Source: Terriglobales bacterium (GTDB lineage Bacteria > Acidobacteriota > Terriglobia > Terriglobales > Acidobacteriaceae). From it: a stretch of DNA of 64,000 nt. The notes under the pieces are model-generated. The model was not told the DNA's origin. It saw only the letters and a program-made list of their open reading frames with translations, and made no database searches. The translations under genes were made by a program, and so were the position numbers. Shown piece by piece: positions 45,502 through 55,738 of this stretch. The first letter of the stretch is position 1. Every line of letters starts with the position of its first letter. The stretch spans positions 2,590-66,589 of the forward strand of contig JBEKQG010000001.1 of NCBI GenBank assembly GCA_049519955.1, read 5' to 3'.

Positions 45502-46989
45502 ATGGCGATCCAGCTAGTTGAAAGCGCGGACAACGTACGCCGGGGAGTCGCGGCGCGGATCGTCCTGAAACGGAAGTCCGAGCTGGGGCAATTCATGACA
45601 CCCCCATCCGTGGCGCGGTTCATGGCTTCGCTCTTTCCAGCAAGCACCCTGCACACCTGCCGACTCCTCGATGCCGGTGCAGGACTAGGGGCGCTTTCCT
45701 GCGCCTTCCTCGATCGTTGGGCCCTGGCAGATGGGTTGAATTTTCAGAGCGTGGAAGTTGATGCCTATGAGATCGACAGGACCCTTCGCGCTCATCTCGA
45801 TGCATGCCTGGCCAGCTACACGGAGAGGCTGCCCGTCACGTATCGCATCTCAGCGGGGGATTTCATTTGGGAGGCCGCCTGCCAAAGTCTGCAGCATCCA
45901 GGACGGTTCACGCATGCGATCCTGAATCCGCCCTACAAGAAGATCAATAGCGCGTCGGAGCATCGGTCGATCCTGCGACAGGCCGGGATCGAAACGGTTA
46001 ACCTGTATTCAGCGTTTGTGGCCCTTGCGCTGGCCTTGATGAAATCCAACGGTCAGCTCGTGGCAATCATCCCACGTAGCTTTTGCAATGGCCCCTACTA
46101 TCGGCCATTTCGCGACTTCTTGCTGCACCATGCCGCGCTGCGGCACATGCACCTCTTCGCCTCGAGGACGAAGGCTTTCAAGGAAGACGACGTACTGCAA
46201 GAGAATGTCATCATCCGGCTTGAACGCGGCGGCATCCAAGGCAAGGTAACCGTTTCCCATTCGACAGACGACAGTTTTTCCGATCTTGCGACGCATGAGC
46301 AGCCTTTTGATCGGATAGTGTTTCCCAGCGACCCGGGGAAATTCATTCACGTCCCAACGTCGCCTGGGCACAACGCCATCGAGCTGTCCGAAGGCATCCG
46401 CTTTTCTTTGCGGGACATCGAAATTGGAGTTTCGACCGGCCCAGTGGTCGATTTCAGGCTGCAACAACACATTCGACAAACGCCAGTAGAGGGCACCGTC
46501 CCGCTGCTCTATCCCGGCCACTTCGTCGGGCAGCACACCCAATGGCCCAAGCACGGCATGAAACGCGGCAACGCGATCAAGCTGAATACGGACACGAAGA
46601 AATGGCTCTATCCGAATGGCTTTTATGCCGTAGTGCGGCGGTTTTCCTCGAAGGAGGAGCGGCGACGCATTGTCGCCAGCGTGGTCACGCCGACTTCCTT
46701 CCCTGACGCCACCTTGCTCGGTTTCGAGAATCACTTAAACGTTTTTCACGAGAACAAGCGCGGTTTACCGGAAGAACTCGCACGCGGCCTCGCCGCGTTC
46801 TTAAACACGACGGCGGTCGATGAGCATTTTCGCCGCTTCAACGGGCACACGCAGGTCAACGCAACGGATCTCCGCTTGATGAAATATCCGGACCGAGAAA
46901 CCCTGGCTGCCTTGGGTCAGTGGATGCAGCTCCACGATACCCCAACGCAAGAGATGCTTGACGATCAGCTCCAGAGACTTACCCAATGA
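45502..46989 (+). CDS. N6-adenine DNA methyltransferase, PstI/BsuBI-system type (Eco57I-like gamma class)
   Basis: 495-aa ORF with an AdoMet motif LLDAGAGLGALS and a catalytic ILNPPYKKI. Its size and its overlap (ATGA) with a BsuBI/PstI-type endonuclease gene fit this assignment. Confidence 0.82.
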   Translation: MAIQLVESADNVRRGVAARIVLKRKSELGQFMTPPSVARFMASLFPASTLHTCRLLDAGAGLGALSCAFLDRWALADGLNFQSVEVDAYEIDRTLRAHLDACLASYTERLPVTYRISAGDFIWEAACQSLQHPGRFTHAILNPPYKKINSASEHRSILRQAGIETVNLYSAFVALALALMKSNGQLVAIIPRSFCNGPYYRPFRDFLLHHAALRHMHLFASRTKAFKEDDVLQENVIIRLERGGIQGKVTVSHSTDDSFSDLATHEQPFDRIVFPSDPGKFIHVPTSPGHNAIELSEGIRFSLRDIEIGVSTGPVVDFRLQQHIRQTPVEGTVPLLYPGHFVGQHTQWPKHGMKRGNAIKLNTDTKKWLYPNGFYAVVRRFSSKEERRRIVASVVTPTSFPDATLLGFENHLNVFHENKRGLPEELARGLAAFLNTTAVDEHFRRFNGHTQVNATDLRLMKYPDRETLAALGQWMQLHDTPTQEMLDDQLQRLTQ

Positions 46990-47948
46990 GCGCCAAACGC
47001 CAACTCAAAAACGCCCACGAGATTCTGAGCTTTCTCGGATTTCCGCGCGCACAGCAGAATGAACGGTCCGCCCTGTGCCTGCTCGCGCTGCTGAGTCTTA
47101 CGCCCAAGAAGACATGGGCCCAGGCGCAGAATCCCTTGATGGGAATTACGCCGATCATGGATTGGATTCGCGATCATTACAAAAAAGTCTATGCGCCGAA
47201 TACCCGCGAGACAGTGCGCCGTCAAACCATGCACCAATTTGTTGGCGCTGGAATTGCCGTCTACAACCCGGACAAACCCGACCGGCCGGTGAACAGCCCC
47301 GCTGCCGTTTACCAGATTGGACCCGCCGCGTTGGCCCTCCTGCGGAGCTTTGACACCCCGACATGGCACGACAAGCTGACGGCCTATCTTGCCACGCGGC
47401 AGACCTTAGCTGCGCAATACGCTCGGGAGCGCAAGCAAAACCTCATTCCCGTACGGATCGCGCCAGACAAGAAGATTAGCCTCAGCCCCGGTGAACATAG
47501 CGAGTTGATCCGCGCGATCATAGAGGATTTTGCGGCGCGCTTCGCCCCCGGAGCGGCGTTGATCTATGCGGGTGACACGGGCGACAAATGGGGTTACTTC
47601 GACGGGGCATTACTCGCAAAACTCGGTGTGAATGTCGATTCGCACGGTAAAATGCCTGACGTAGTGTTGTACTACACTGCGCGGAATTGGGTGCTTCTCG
47701 TCGAGTCTGTCACCAGCCATGGCCCCGTTGATGGGAAACGCCACGCCGAGCTCGCCCGGCTATTTGCCGGGTCGTCGGCAGGATTAGTTTATGTGACCGC
47801 GTTCCCCAGCCGCGCCCTCATGTGCCGCTATCTTGGCGAGATCGCATGGGAGACGGAGGTTTGGGTTGCGGACGCCCCCTCCCACTTGATCCACTTCAAC
47901 GGAGAACGATTCCTCGGCCCCTACCCGCTTGCAAACAGTCCTGCCTAG
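46986..47948 (+). CDS. BsuBI/PstI family type II restriction endonuclease
   Basis: 320-aa ORF. The N-terminus KNAHEILSFLGFPRAQQNERSALCLLALLSL and the C-terminal block MPDVVLYYTARNWVLLVESVTSHGPVDGKRHAEL match my memory of the BsuBI_PstI_RE family. An HMM search is needed to confirm. Confidence 0.78.
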   Translation: MSAKRQLKNAHEILSFLGFPRAQQNERSALCLLALLSLTPKKTWAQAQNPLMGITPIMDWIRDHYKKVYAPNTRETVRRQTMHQFVGAGIAVYNPDKPDRPVNSPAAVYQIGPAALALLRSFDTPTWHDKLTAYLATRQTLAAQYARERKQNLIPVRIAPDKKISLSPGEHSELIRAIIEDFAARFAPGAALIYAGDTGDKWGYFDGALLAKLGVNVDSHGKMPDVVLYYTARNWVLLVESVTSHGPVDGKRHAELARLFAGSSAGLVYVTAFPSRALMCRYLGEIAWETEVWVADAPSHLIHFNGERFLGPYPLANSPA

Positions 47949-47990
47949 CGGGGACAGGAGGGATCTCTGAGGAATCGGGCCGGATGAGAT

Positions 47991-48956
47991 TCAGTCTCCC
48001 GCACCCTCAACCGCAGGGAGATCTTCCGCCGCCGTCCGCTTGGAGACTTTCGCGCTGGTTACCAGCACCACCGAAGCTATGATGATGGCGCTGCCCATGG
48101 CGATGTAGCGGTCGATGCGCTCGTGCAGAACCAGCCATCCGAGAAACACCGCGACCACGGGATTGACGTAGGCGTAAGTGGAGACCTTCGAGGTCGGGAC
48201 GTGCTGTAACAACCAGATATAAGCCGTGTAACCGATCCAGGAGCCGCACACCACTAGATATAGAATCGCGCCCACTCCGCGATAAGTCCAAGTTATGTCG
48301 GAAGGTTTCTCGACCAGCAGCGCGAAAATCAAATTCCCGATGCCCGCGAATGTCACTTGCCACGCGATGGCGCTGAACGGATCGCTGGCCGCCGTCTGCC
48401 ATTTTTTCGAGAGCACGGAACCGGAAGCCCAACTGACGGATCCAAGTTGCAGGGCGAGCGTCCACCAAAGTTCGCGATGGCCGAGGGCATTGGAATGGCC
48501 CACACCGGGCCGAAGATCGGGCCAGATGAGCACGACCACTCCGGCGATGCCGATGGCGAGCCCGATCTTGCCGCGCCGCGAGATGCGATGGTCGCCCAGC
48601 AAAAGGCTGTCGAGCACAAGAAACCAGAGCGGCGAAACCGCAATCAGCAGCGCCGACAGGCCGGTGGGAACGATTTTCTCGGCGTAAGAAAGCGTGAGGT
48701 TGCCGCCCATCAATAACAGAATGCCGACCGCCGCGAGGTGGCCGAGCTTTCGCGCCGAGAAAAGAATGCGGCGTCCGGTGAGCGCGCAGTAAGCGAGCAT
48801 GACCACGCCCGCGATCAGAAAGCGCGCGGCACACATTGCGCCCGGAGGAATCTGCTCGACCGCGATGCCGATGCCGAGATAAGTCGAGCCCCAGAAGACG
48901 TAGACCAGCCCGAAGGCGACGACAATCTTCCATTGGGCGGCGGCTGCGGTGGGCAT
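47991..48956 (-). CDS. EamA/DMT family transporter
   Basis: 321-aa ORF with 10 predicted TM helices and a duplicated EamA-like layout (WGSTYLGIGIAV... / WASGSVLSKKW...). Confidence 0.82.
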   Translation of the reverse strand: MPTAAAAQWKIVVAFGLVYVFWGSTYLGIGIAVEQIPPGAMCAARFLIAGVVMLAYCALTGRRILFSARKLGHLAAVGILLLMGGNLTLSYAEKIVPTGLSALLIAVSPLWFLVLDSLLLGDHRISRRGKIGLAIGIAGVVVLIWPDLRPGVGHSNALGHRELWWTLALQLGSVSWASGSVLSKKWQTAASDPFSAIAWQVTFAGIGNLIFALLVEKPSDITWTYRGVGAILYLVVCGSWIGYTAYIWLLQHVPTSKVSTYAYVNPVVAVFLGWLVLHERIDRYIAMGSAIIIASVVLVTSAKVSKRTAAEDLPAVEGAGD

Positions 48957-48999
48957 GAGAGAAATTCAGAATATCAGAGTGGGGAAGAAGGGCTGCGAG

Positions 49000-50409
49000 C
49001 TACGCTGCCGGCGGCATCCCCATCTCGGCGAGGATTTTGCCGGCCGCTTCGGAGCCGGAGCGAACGCAGTCGGGAACTCCGATGCCGCTATAGCCGTTGC
49101 CCGCCAGCGCCAGGCGGGGGAGTTTGCGGCGGAGCGATTCGATGCGCTGCAAGCGATCGAGGTGGCCGACGGAATACTGCGCCATCGCCGATTTCCACTT
49201 GTAAACGCGCGCAAACAGAGGCTCGGCATTGAGCCCGATGATTTGACGCAGTTCGTCGCGGAGGATTTCGAGGATTTGATTTTCGCTGCGGTCGAGAATT
49301 TCTTCGGCGTGCGCGCCGCCGAAAAAGCAGCGGACGAGGGCGCGATTTTCGGGCGCGCGGTGGGGAAATTTGTTGTGCACGAAAGTTGCGGCGAGCATGC
49401 GGCGTCCTTCACTGCGCGGCACGAGGAATCCGAAGCCGGGCGGAAGAGAGCGGCGCACGGTTTCGTCGTAGCCGAGAGCGACGGTGACGGAAGAGCTGTA
49501 GCGGATTTCCCGGAGCTCGCGCGCCAGGTTTTCATCGGCGAGTTGCAGCAGCCTGGACGCGGCCGGGGCCGGGGTTGCGACGATGAGCGCGTCGAAGTGG
49601 GCGATCTGAGAGCCGGAGGAGACGCTCCAGCCGTCCTCATCGGCGACGACCGATTGCACCGGCGCTGAGGTCCGCAGCGCGCTGGAATCGAGGTGCGCGG
49701 CCAGCGCGTCCACCATCTGCTGCATGCCGTCTTTGAGCGAAGTAAACAGCGGAGGGGCGGGACGATTGACGCCAGCCATTTTCTTGCGCGCCGCCAACAT
49801 GGCGCGGCCCAGGCTGCCGTATTTGGCCTCCATTTCGGCGAAGCGTGCCAGCGCGGCGCGCACGCTCAACTCGGAAGCTTCGCCGCCGTAGACTCCGGAA
49901 AGCAGTGGGTCGGCAAGACGATCGACCATCTCGCGGCCGTAATGGCGTTCGACCATCGCGGCGACGGTTTCGTCCGCGGAAGCCTTGCGCGGCGGATGGA
50001 ACCACTCGGCCGCCATGCGAATTTTTGTGCGCAGCGAAAACAGCGGCGAGAAAACGATGGGCATGATTTTCGTGGGCACCATGAACATGAGCCCGTCGGG
50101 CATCACCACGAGTCTGTTCTTGACGACGATGTAGGTCTTGCGCTCGGAGTCGTTCGATCCGATGAGTTGGCCGCCCAGTCCGATCTTGCGGCAGAGGTTG
50201 GCCGCCCAGGGCTTTTCGGTGAGAAACGAATCGGGGCCGGCTTCGACGAGGCAGCCGTCGACGCGGTCGGTGACCATCACGCCGCCGAGCCGCGGGCTGG
50301 ATTCGAACAAAACATATTCCACGGGCGCGCCGCCGCGGCGTTTTTCTTCGAGCGTGAATGCGGCCGAGAGGCCGGAGATTCCGCCGCCGATGATGGCGAT
50401 ACGTGGCAT
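49000..50409 (-). CDS. hemY: protoporphyrinogen/coproporphyrinogen III oxidase (HemY/CgoX, FAD-dependent)
   Basis: Has the dinucleotide fold MPRIAIIGGGISGLSAA and a C-terminal LALAGNGYSGIGVPDCVRSG. The start was chosen at the complement of 50407-50409. Confidence 0.85.
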   Translation of the reverse strand: MPRIAIIGGGISGLSAAFTLEEKRRGGAPVEYVLFESSPRLGGVMVTDRVDGCLVEAGPDSFLTEKPWAANLCRKIGLGGQLIGSNDSERKTYIVVKNRLVVMPDGLMFMVPTKIMPIVFSPLFSLRTKIRMAAEWFHPPRKASADETVAAMVERHYGREMVDRLADPLLSGVYGGEASELSVRAALARFAEMEAKYGSLGRAMLAARKKMAGVNRPAPPLFTSLKDGMQQMVDALAAHLDSSALRTSAPVQSVVADEDGWSVSSGSQIAHFDALIVATPAPAASRLLQLADENLARELREIRYSSSVTVALGYDETVRRSLPPGFGFLVPRSEGRRMLAATFVHNKFPHRAPENRALVRCFFGGAHAEEILDRSENQILEILRDELRQIIGLNAEPLFARVYKWKSAMAQYSVGHLDRLQRIESLRRKLPRLALAGNGYSGIGVPDCVRSGSEAAGKILAEMGMPPAA

Positions 50410-50456
50410 AAAGAAGCTGCGAGCTACGAGCTGCGAGCGAACCAATTTGCTTTTAG

Positions 50457-51467
50457 CTAAGTGCCCAGTGCTTTTACTCGGCTGCTTACTACTTCCGCCA
50501 GAGCTGCGGTTAGTGTTCTTGAGCCGTTCAATGACTCAGCGCGCCACAGGCGCATGCCTTCTTTTTCTGCGAACTGTTTGAAGGCTATATCTATATCGTA
50601 AAGCACTTCGACGTGGTCGCAGAGAAATCCGATGGCGTGCAGGAAGACGCCACGATGGCCTTTTGCCTTGAGATTCCCGATTGTGTTCTCTACCGTGGGA
50701 CCGATCCACGCGCCGCCCGACATGCCTTGACTCTGGAAAGCGAAAGTCCAGTCTGCCGATGCGAGGCCGGCTTCTTTCGCCACTAACTCGGCGGTTTCTT
50801 TCGCCTGTCTTTCGTAAGGATCGCCTTCCGTGATGGTGCGCACGGGAACGCTGTGGGCTGTGAAGATCACGGGCAGGTTCGCTCCGTTTTCGGCGCTGGC
50901 CTTTTCCCAACCCGCGCGCAATTTTTCGGCGAAGGCTTTCACGAGCAGCGGCTGATCGTGCCACTCCTCGACGAAGTCCAACTGGAACGGGAGATTTCGG
51001 CCGCCGCTGGCGTCGCTAGTAACGGCGCTGCGATAGAAGCCAACGCTGGTGCGCGAATTCTGCGGGGCGAGACAGATGGCGATGACTTTTTCGTATTTCT
51101 GGCTGGCGATTGCCTTCACCGCATCGGCGATGAAGGGCTTCCAGTTTCTCATGCCGACGTAGACCGGCATTTTCAACAACTGCGAAATTTGATCGGCTTG
51201 CAAGAGAGTCCAGCAGGGGAGCGGCGAGAAACCGATCAGCGAATAGCGGCGGTGGATCTCTGCGACCACGGCTGGGGGCAAGGGGCGTCCGCCGGTGACA
51301 TAACTTAGAAACTCGGGAACCTGGTCGGGGTCTTCGGGGCTGCCGTGGGCCAGCAGAAGGACGGCGGTTTTCGCGGATCGCTCCGACGATTGATCCGGCA
51401 CGGCAAACGAACTTATTCGGTTCGCGCAATAGCACTGACCGGCGAGGGCCAGCGGACAGGGCGTCAT
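50457..51467 (-). CDS. hemH: ferrochelatase (HemH/CpfC)
   Basis: Shows AVLLLAHGSPEDPDQVPEFLSYV, FTAHSVP and FLCDHVEVLYDID motifs. The start overlaps the hemE stop (ATGA). Confidence 0.85.
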   Translation of the reverse strand: MTPCPLALAGQCYCANRISSFAVPDQSSERSAKTAVLLLAHGSPEDPDQVPEFLSYVTGGRPLPPAVVAEIHRRYSLIGFSPLPCWTLLQADQISQLLKMPVYVGMRNWKPFIADAVKAIASQKYEKVIAICLAPQNSRTSVGFYRSAVTSDASGGRNLPFQLDFVEEWHDQPLLVKAFAEKLRAGWEKASAENGANLPVIFTAHSVPVRTITEGDPYERQAKETAELVAKEAGLASADWTFAFQSQGMSGGAWIGPTVENTIGNLKAKGHRGVFLHAIGFLCDHVEVLYDIDIAFKQFAEKEGMRLWRAESLNGSRTLTAALAEVVSSRVKALGT

Positions 51468-52522
51468 TTCTTGAACTCCGCCGAGTGCTCACGGATGTAA
51501 GCGCAGAGCGCTTTCACATTTTCCACCGGAGTTTCGGGAAGAATGCCGTGGCCGAGATTGAAAATGTGGCCGGGGCGTCCTGCGGCTTGGCGCAGAATAT
51601 TTTCGGCACGCAACTTGAGTTCCTTCCAGTCGGCGAAGAGCAAAACGGGATCGAGATTGCCTTGCACAGCGCCTTTGAAGCCAAGGCTCTGCCATCCGGT
51701 ATCAAGTGGTATGCGCCAGTCCAGGCCAATGACTTCGGCTCCGGTTTCCTGCATCGAGGGCAGAAGCGTCGAGCTGTCGGTGCCAAAATAAATCACGGGC
51801 GCGCCGGTCGTTATTAGGTCGGACTTCTGCAGGCGTTTCACCAGATCCGTCACATGCGGCAGAACGTAGCGGCGATAATCTTCGACACTCAGGCAGCCGA
51901 CCCAGCTATCGAAGATCTGAATGGTGTCGGCCCCGGCGCGCACCTGCTCGGCGGAATACTCGGCGGTGACCGCGACCAGCTTCTGCATCAGCTCATTCCA
52001 GGCGGCGGGCGCGGAGTACATCATCTTTTTGGTGAAAAGATAATTGCGCGAGCCTCCGCCTTCGATCATGTAACTGGCGAGGGTGAAGGGCGCGCCGCAG
52101 AATCCGATGACGGGAAGCGTGTCGCCGAAGTGCTTGCAGACGAGCTTCACGGCTTCAGAAACGTAGCCGAGATCGGCGGCGCGATCGGTGCGCAGGCGGG
52201 CGACGTCTTCGGCGGTGCGGACGGGCTTTTCGATTCTCGGCCCCTCGCCGGCGGAAAAGTGAAAGGGAAGTCCCATGACTTCGAGCGGGAGGAGAAGGTC
52301 GGCGAAGATGATGGCCGCATCGACTTTGAGGACTTCGGCCGCTTCGATGGTGACCTGGGCCGCGATCTCGGGCTTCTTGCAAATCTCGATCAGCGAGTAT
52401 TGCTTGCGGACGGCGCGGTACTCCGCCATATAGCGCCCAGCCTGGCGCATAAACCAGACAGGAGTCCGTTCGGAGGGCTGGGCCTTGGCGGCGCGAATCA
52501 AAAGAGAGTTTGGGGCGGACAT
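51464..52522 (-). CDS. hemE: uroporphyrinogen decarboxylase
   Basis: RTPVWFMRQAGRYMAEYR, IFDSWVG and NLGHGILP are canonical HemE motifs. Confidence 0.92.
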   Translation of the reverse strand: MSAPNSLLIRAAKAQPSERTPVWFMRQAGRYMAEYRAVRKQYSLIEICKKPEIAAQVTIEAAEVLKVDAAIIFADLLLPLEVMGLPFHFSAGEGPRIEKPVRTAEDVARLRTDRAADLGYVSEAVKLVCKHFGDTLPVIGFCGAPFTLASYMIEGGGSRNYLFTKKMMYSAPAAWNELMQKLVAVTAEYSAEQVRAGADTIQIFDSWVGCLSVEDYRRYVLPHVTDLVKRLQKSDLITTGAPVIYFGTDSSTLLPSMQETGAEVIGLDWRIPLDTGWQSLGFKGAVQGNLDPVLLFADWKELKLRAENILRQAAGRPGHIFNLGHGILPETPVENVKALCAYIREHSAEFKK

Positions 52523-52822
52523 TCGCTATCTAATTTAGCATTTTGACGAGTTGTTGACCGAATCGGGCTCGCGGGGGGCAGACAATTTGCGGGAGAGGCA
52601 GTTGGGGGTTGCGATGTACTATTGTGTCCGCAGAAGCAGCGCCCGCGGCATGTCTGAAGGCATACCGTGATACAAATCGTACTTGCGCCGGGGAAGAGCC
52701 GGCTTACCGGCGCGGTTGCGGGCTCGAGGCTTTAGCGCTACTTTACCCGTCACCATGAGCTGTATCCTTGGTCACAGATCGCGGTAACGGCCAGTGCTGT
52801 ACTCATTATGGGGAAAATTGCC

Positions 52823-53074
52823 GTGTGCCTTGCCATACCAGGAAAAATTCTCGAAATCCAAGAGCAGGGGCCGTTGCGCTCGGCCCGCGTGCAGTTCGGC
52901 GGGATCGTGCGCCAGGTTTCCCTGAACTTTGTCCCCGAGGCTGAACTGGGCGACTATGTGGTGGTGCACGTCGGTTTCGCGATTAGCCGCATCGACGCGT
53001 CCGAGGCCGAGCGCACATACAAACTTCTGGAAGAGATGGGAATGCTGGAGGCGGAATTGCCGCCGGCGGAATAG
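52823..53074 (+). CDS. hypC: hydrogenase maturation chaperone HypC/HupF
   Basis: Contains the [11 protein letters not shown] motif. I place the start at GTG 52823 so that the essential Cys is residue 2; the ORF track ATG at 52808 would bury it. Confidence 0.85.
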   Translation: MCLAIPGKILEIQEQGPLRSARVQFGGIVRQVSLNFVPEAELGDYVVVHVGFAISRIDASEAERTYKLLEEMGMLEAELPPAE

Positions 53075-53102
53075 AAATCTCGTCCGCGCTGGAATTCGGT
53101 TT

Positions 53103-54200
53103 ATGAAATATCTCGACGAATACCGCGACCATCGCATTGCGCGGGCCCTGGTGGCTGAGATCGTCGAGCGCGCAACCCGGCCCTGGGTGCTGATGGAAAT
53201 CTGCGGCGGCCAAACCCACACCATCATGCGCTATGGCCTTGACGAACTGCTGCCGCGCGGCATCGAGCTCGTGCACGGCCCCGGATGTCCAGTGTGCGTC
53301 ACGCCGCTCGAGACCGTGGACAAGGCGATCGCGTTGGCGCTGCGGCCCGGCGTCATTCTGGTTTCTTACGGAGATATGCTGCGCGTTCCCGGCTCTCGTT
53401 CGGATCTGTTTCGCGCCAAGGCCCAGGGCGCGGACGTGCGCATCGCGTATACGCCCATGGAGGCGGTGAAAATCGCCCGCGCGAATCCAGATCGCAAAGT
53501 CGTATTTCTGGCGATTGGCTTCGAGACCACGGCCCCGGCGAATGCGATGGCCGCATGGCAAGCCCGGCGCGAAGGGCTGACGAATTTTTCCATGCTGGTT
53601 TCGCACGTATTGGTGCCGCCGGCGATCCGCGCCTTGATGGTGTCGAGCACAAACCGCGTGCAGGGCTTCATCGCACCCGGGCATGTCTGCACCGTGATGG
53701 GATGCAGGGAGTATGAAGACCTGGTCCGCGATTTTCGCATACCGATTGTGGTTGGAGGATTCGAGCCGGTAGATATATTAGAGGCAGTCCTGATGCTGGT
53801 GCGGCAGCTCGAGGCCGGTGAAGCGCGGATGGAAAACCAGTATGTGCGATCCGTGAGCTATGAGGGAAATTTGCCGGCGCGGAAGCTGGTCGCTGAGGTG
53901 TTTGAAATCGCCGATCAAAAGTGGCGCGGCATTGGGATGATTCCGCAGAGTGGTTTGCGTTTGCGCGAGGAATACGCCGCTCATGACGCCGACCGTATCT
54001 TTGAGTTGGGCGAGCTTGCGGTGGACGAGCCCGCCGAGTGCATCAGCGCGCAGATTTTGCAGGGGCTGAAGAAACCGACGGATTGTCCCGCGTTTGGGAT
54101 GCGATGCACGCCGGAGAATCCATTGGGAGCGCCCATGGTGTCGAGCGAAGGCGCATGCGCGGCCTACTATCACTATCGGCGCCATGCAGCGGCGAAATAG
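53103..54200 (+). CDS. hypD: hydrogenase maturation protein HypD
   Basis: MKYLDEYRD..., [20 protein letters not shown] and FETTAP motifs. The start was chosen at ATG 53103. Confidence 0.92.
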   Translation: MKYLDEYRDHRIARALVAEIVERATRPWVLMEICGGQTHTIMRYGLDELLPRGIELVHGPGCPVCVTPLETVDKAIALALRPGVILVSYGDMLRVPGSRSDLFRAKAQGADVRIAYTPMEAVKIARANPDRKVVFLAIGFETTAPANAMAAWQARREGLTNFSMLVSHVLVPPAIRALMVSSTNRVQGFIAPGHVCTVMGCREYEDLVRDFRIPIVVGGFEPVDILEAVLMLVRQLEAGEARMENQYVRSVSYEGNLPARKLVAEVFEIADQKWRGIGMIPQSGLRLREEYAAHDADRIFELGELAVDEPAECISAQILQGLKKPTDCPAFGMRCTPENPLGAPMVSSEGACAAYYHYRRHAAAK

Positions 54201-54208
54201 GAGAGCGC

Positions 54209-55276
54209 GTGTCGGGGAAAAGCGGCGGCGAGATCAATTTCGAACTTAGTTGTCCGGCGCCGCTCGCGGCCAAGGACACGATTCTGCTCGGGCACGGCAG
54301 CGGCGGCAAGTTGAGCGCCGAGTTGATTCGCGACATCTTCCTGCCGGCATTCCAGAACCCGGTGCTGGCGCGGTTGGACGACCAGGCGATCGTGAATGTG
54401 AACGGACAGCGCCTGGCCATAACCACCGATTCCTTCGTGGTGAAGCCGCTGTTCTTTCCCGGAGGCGACATCGGCTCGCTCGCCGTTCATGGCACGGTGA
54501 ACGACCTGGCGATGGGAGGAGCGATGCCGCTGTTCTTGAGCGCCGCCTTCATTATCGAAGAAGGTTTTGCGATGGACGATCTTCGGCGCGTGGTGAATTC
54601 GTTGCGTCAGGCGGCAGCGGAGGCGGGCGTGCAGATTGTTACTGGCGATACCAAGGTCGTCGAAAAAGGCAAGGGCGACGGGCTGTTCATTAACACGACC
54701 GGAATTGGACTGGTGCCCGAAGGCGTCGATCTTTCCGCCGATCGCGCCCGCCCCGGCGACAAAGTGCTGTTGAGCGGCTCGATCGGCGATCATGGCATCG
54801 CGATTCTGGCGCAGCGCGAGGGGCTGGAGTTCGAGACGAAGATTCACAGCGACAGCGCTGCCCTGCACACGCTGGTGGCCGCGATGCTTGCAGTAAGTCG
54901 CGACATTCGGTGCATGAGAGATCCAACGCGAGGCGGAGTTTCCAGTACGCTGAATGAAATTGCGGAGCGCTCGCGGGTTGGAATCGAACTGAAAGAAAGT
55001 TCGCTTCCGATCCACGAAGAGGTGCGAGGCGCGTGCGAGTTACTGGGGCTCGATCCTTTATATGTCGCCAATGAAGGCAAGCTGATTGCAATCGTGGCGC
55101 CCGAAGCCGAGGGCGTGGTGCTGCAAGCGATGAGAAATCATCCGCTCGGAGCGGAAGCGCGGACCATTGGCACGGTCAAGGAAGATAACTCGGGACTGGT
55201 GACAATGCGCACTCCGCTGGGCACGACGCGCATCGTGGACATGCTCGCGGGCGATCAACTGCCGCGCATCTGCTAA
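54209..55276 (+). CDS. hypE: hydrogenase maturation protein HypE
   Basis: LGHGSGGKLS, an AIR-synthase-like fold and the C-terminal PRIC. GTG start at 54209 with AGGAGAG upstream. Confidence 0.9.
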   Translation: MSGKSGGEINFELSCPAPLAAKDTILLGHGSGGKLSAELIRDIFLPAFQNPVLARLDDQAIVNVNGQRLAITTDSFVVKPLFFPGGDIGSLAVHGTVNDLAMGGAMPLFLSAAFIIEEGFAMDDLRRVVNSLRQAAAEAGVQIVTGDTKVVEKGKGDGLFINTTGIGLVPEGVDLSADRARPGDKVLLSGSIGDHGIAILAQREGLEFETKIHSDSAALHTLVAAMLAVSRDIRCMRDPTRGGVSSTLNEIAERSRVGIELKESSLPIHEEVRGACELLGLDPLYVANEGKLIAIVAPEAEGVVLQAMRNHPLGAEARTIGTVKEDNSGLVTMRTPLGTTRIVDMLAGDQLPRIC

Positions 55277-55357
55277 CTCGCTTTGTATAGGCGGGCTTGC
55301 CCTGTCTCTTTTGGCCGTGGTGAGAGACGCGGCACGCCGCATCTCTAACGAGATATT

Positions 55358-55738
55358 ATGCACGAGCTGGGAATCGCGAATTCGGTGCTGGATGCGGTGA
55401 GGACTGAGATGCGCCGTTATCCGGGGAGCTATCCGTGCAAAGTCGGCGTCCGCATTGGCGAGATGGCGGCCATCGATCAGGAATCCCTGCGTTTCTGCTT
55501 TGAGGCGATCATCCGCGATACCGATTTGGCGGCGCTGCAGTTGGAGATCGAAGTTTGTCCCCGCCGCCATCGTTGCGGGCCCTGCGGACACGAGTTTATC
55601 GTGCGCGACTACGATTCGCGCTGCCCGCAATGCGCAAGCCTCGAAACGAAGTGCATTAGTGGAGATGAGTTGGCGTTGGCCTATCTGGAGGTGGAAGAAA
55701 ATGGATCGAGTGCCGTTGGAACGAAAAGTACTCAGTGA
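55358..55738 (+). CDS. hypA: hydrogenase nickel insertion protein HypA
   Basis: The MHELGIANSVLD N-terminus and the CGPCGH...CPQC zinc site. Confidence 0.9.
   Translation: MHELGIANSVLDAVRTEMRRYPGSYPCKVGVRIGEMAAIDQESLRFCFEAIIRDTDLAALQLEIEVCPRRHRCGPCGHEFIVRDYDSRCPQCASLETKCISGDELALAYLEVEENGSSAVGTKSTQ

Noticed and set aside
45333-47990. Mobile-element boundaries (att sites, tRNA, inverted repeats, integrase) around the R-M pair
   Set aside because: I could see none in the flanks, so the pair is annotated only as an R-M islet and not as a mobile element.
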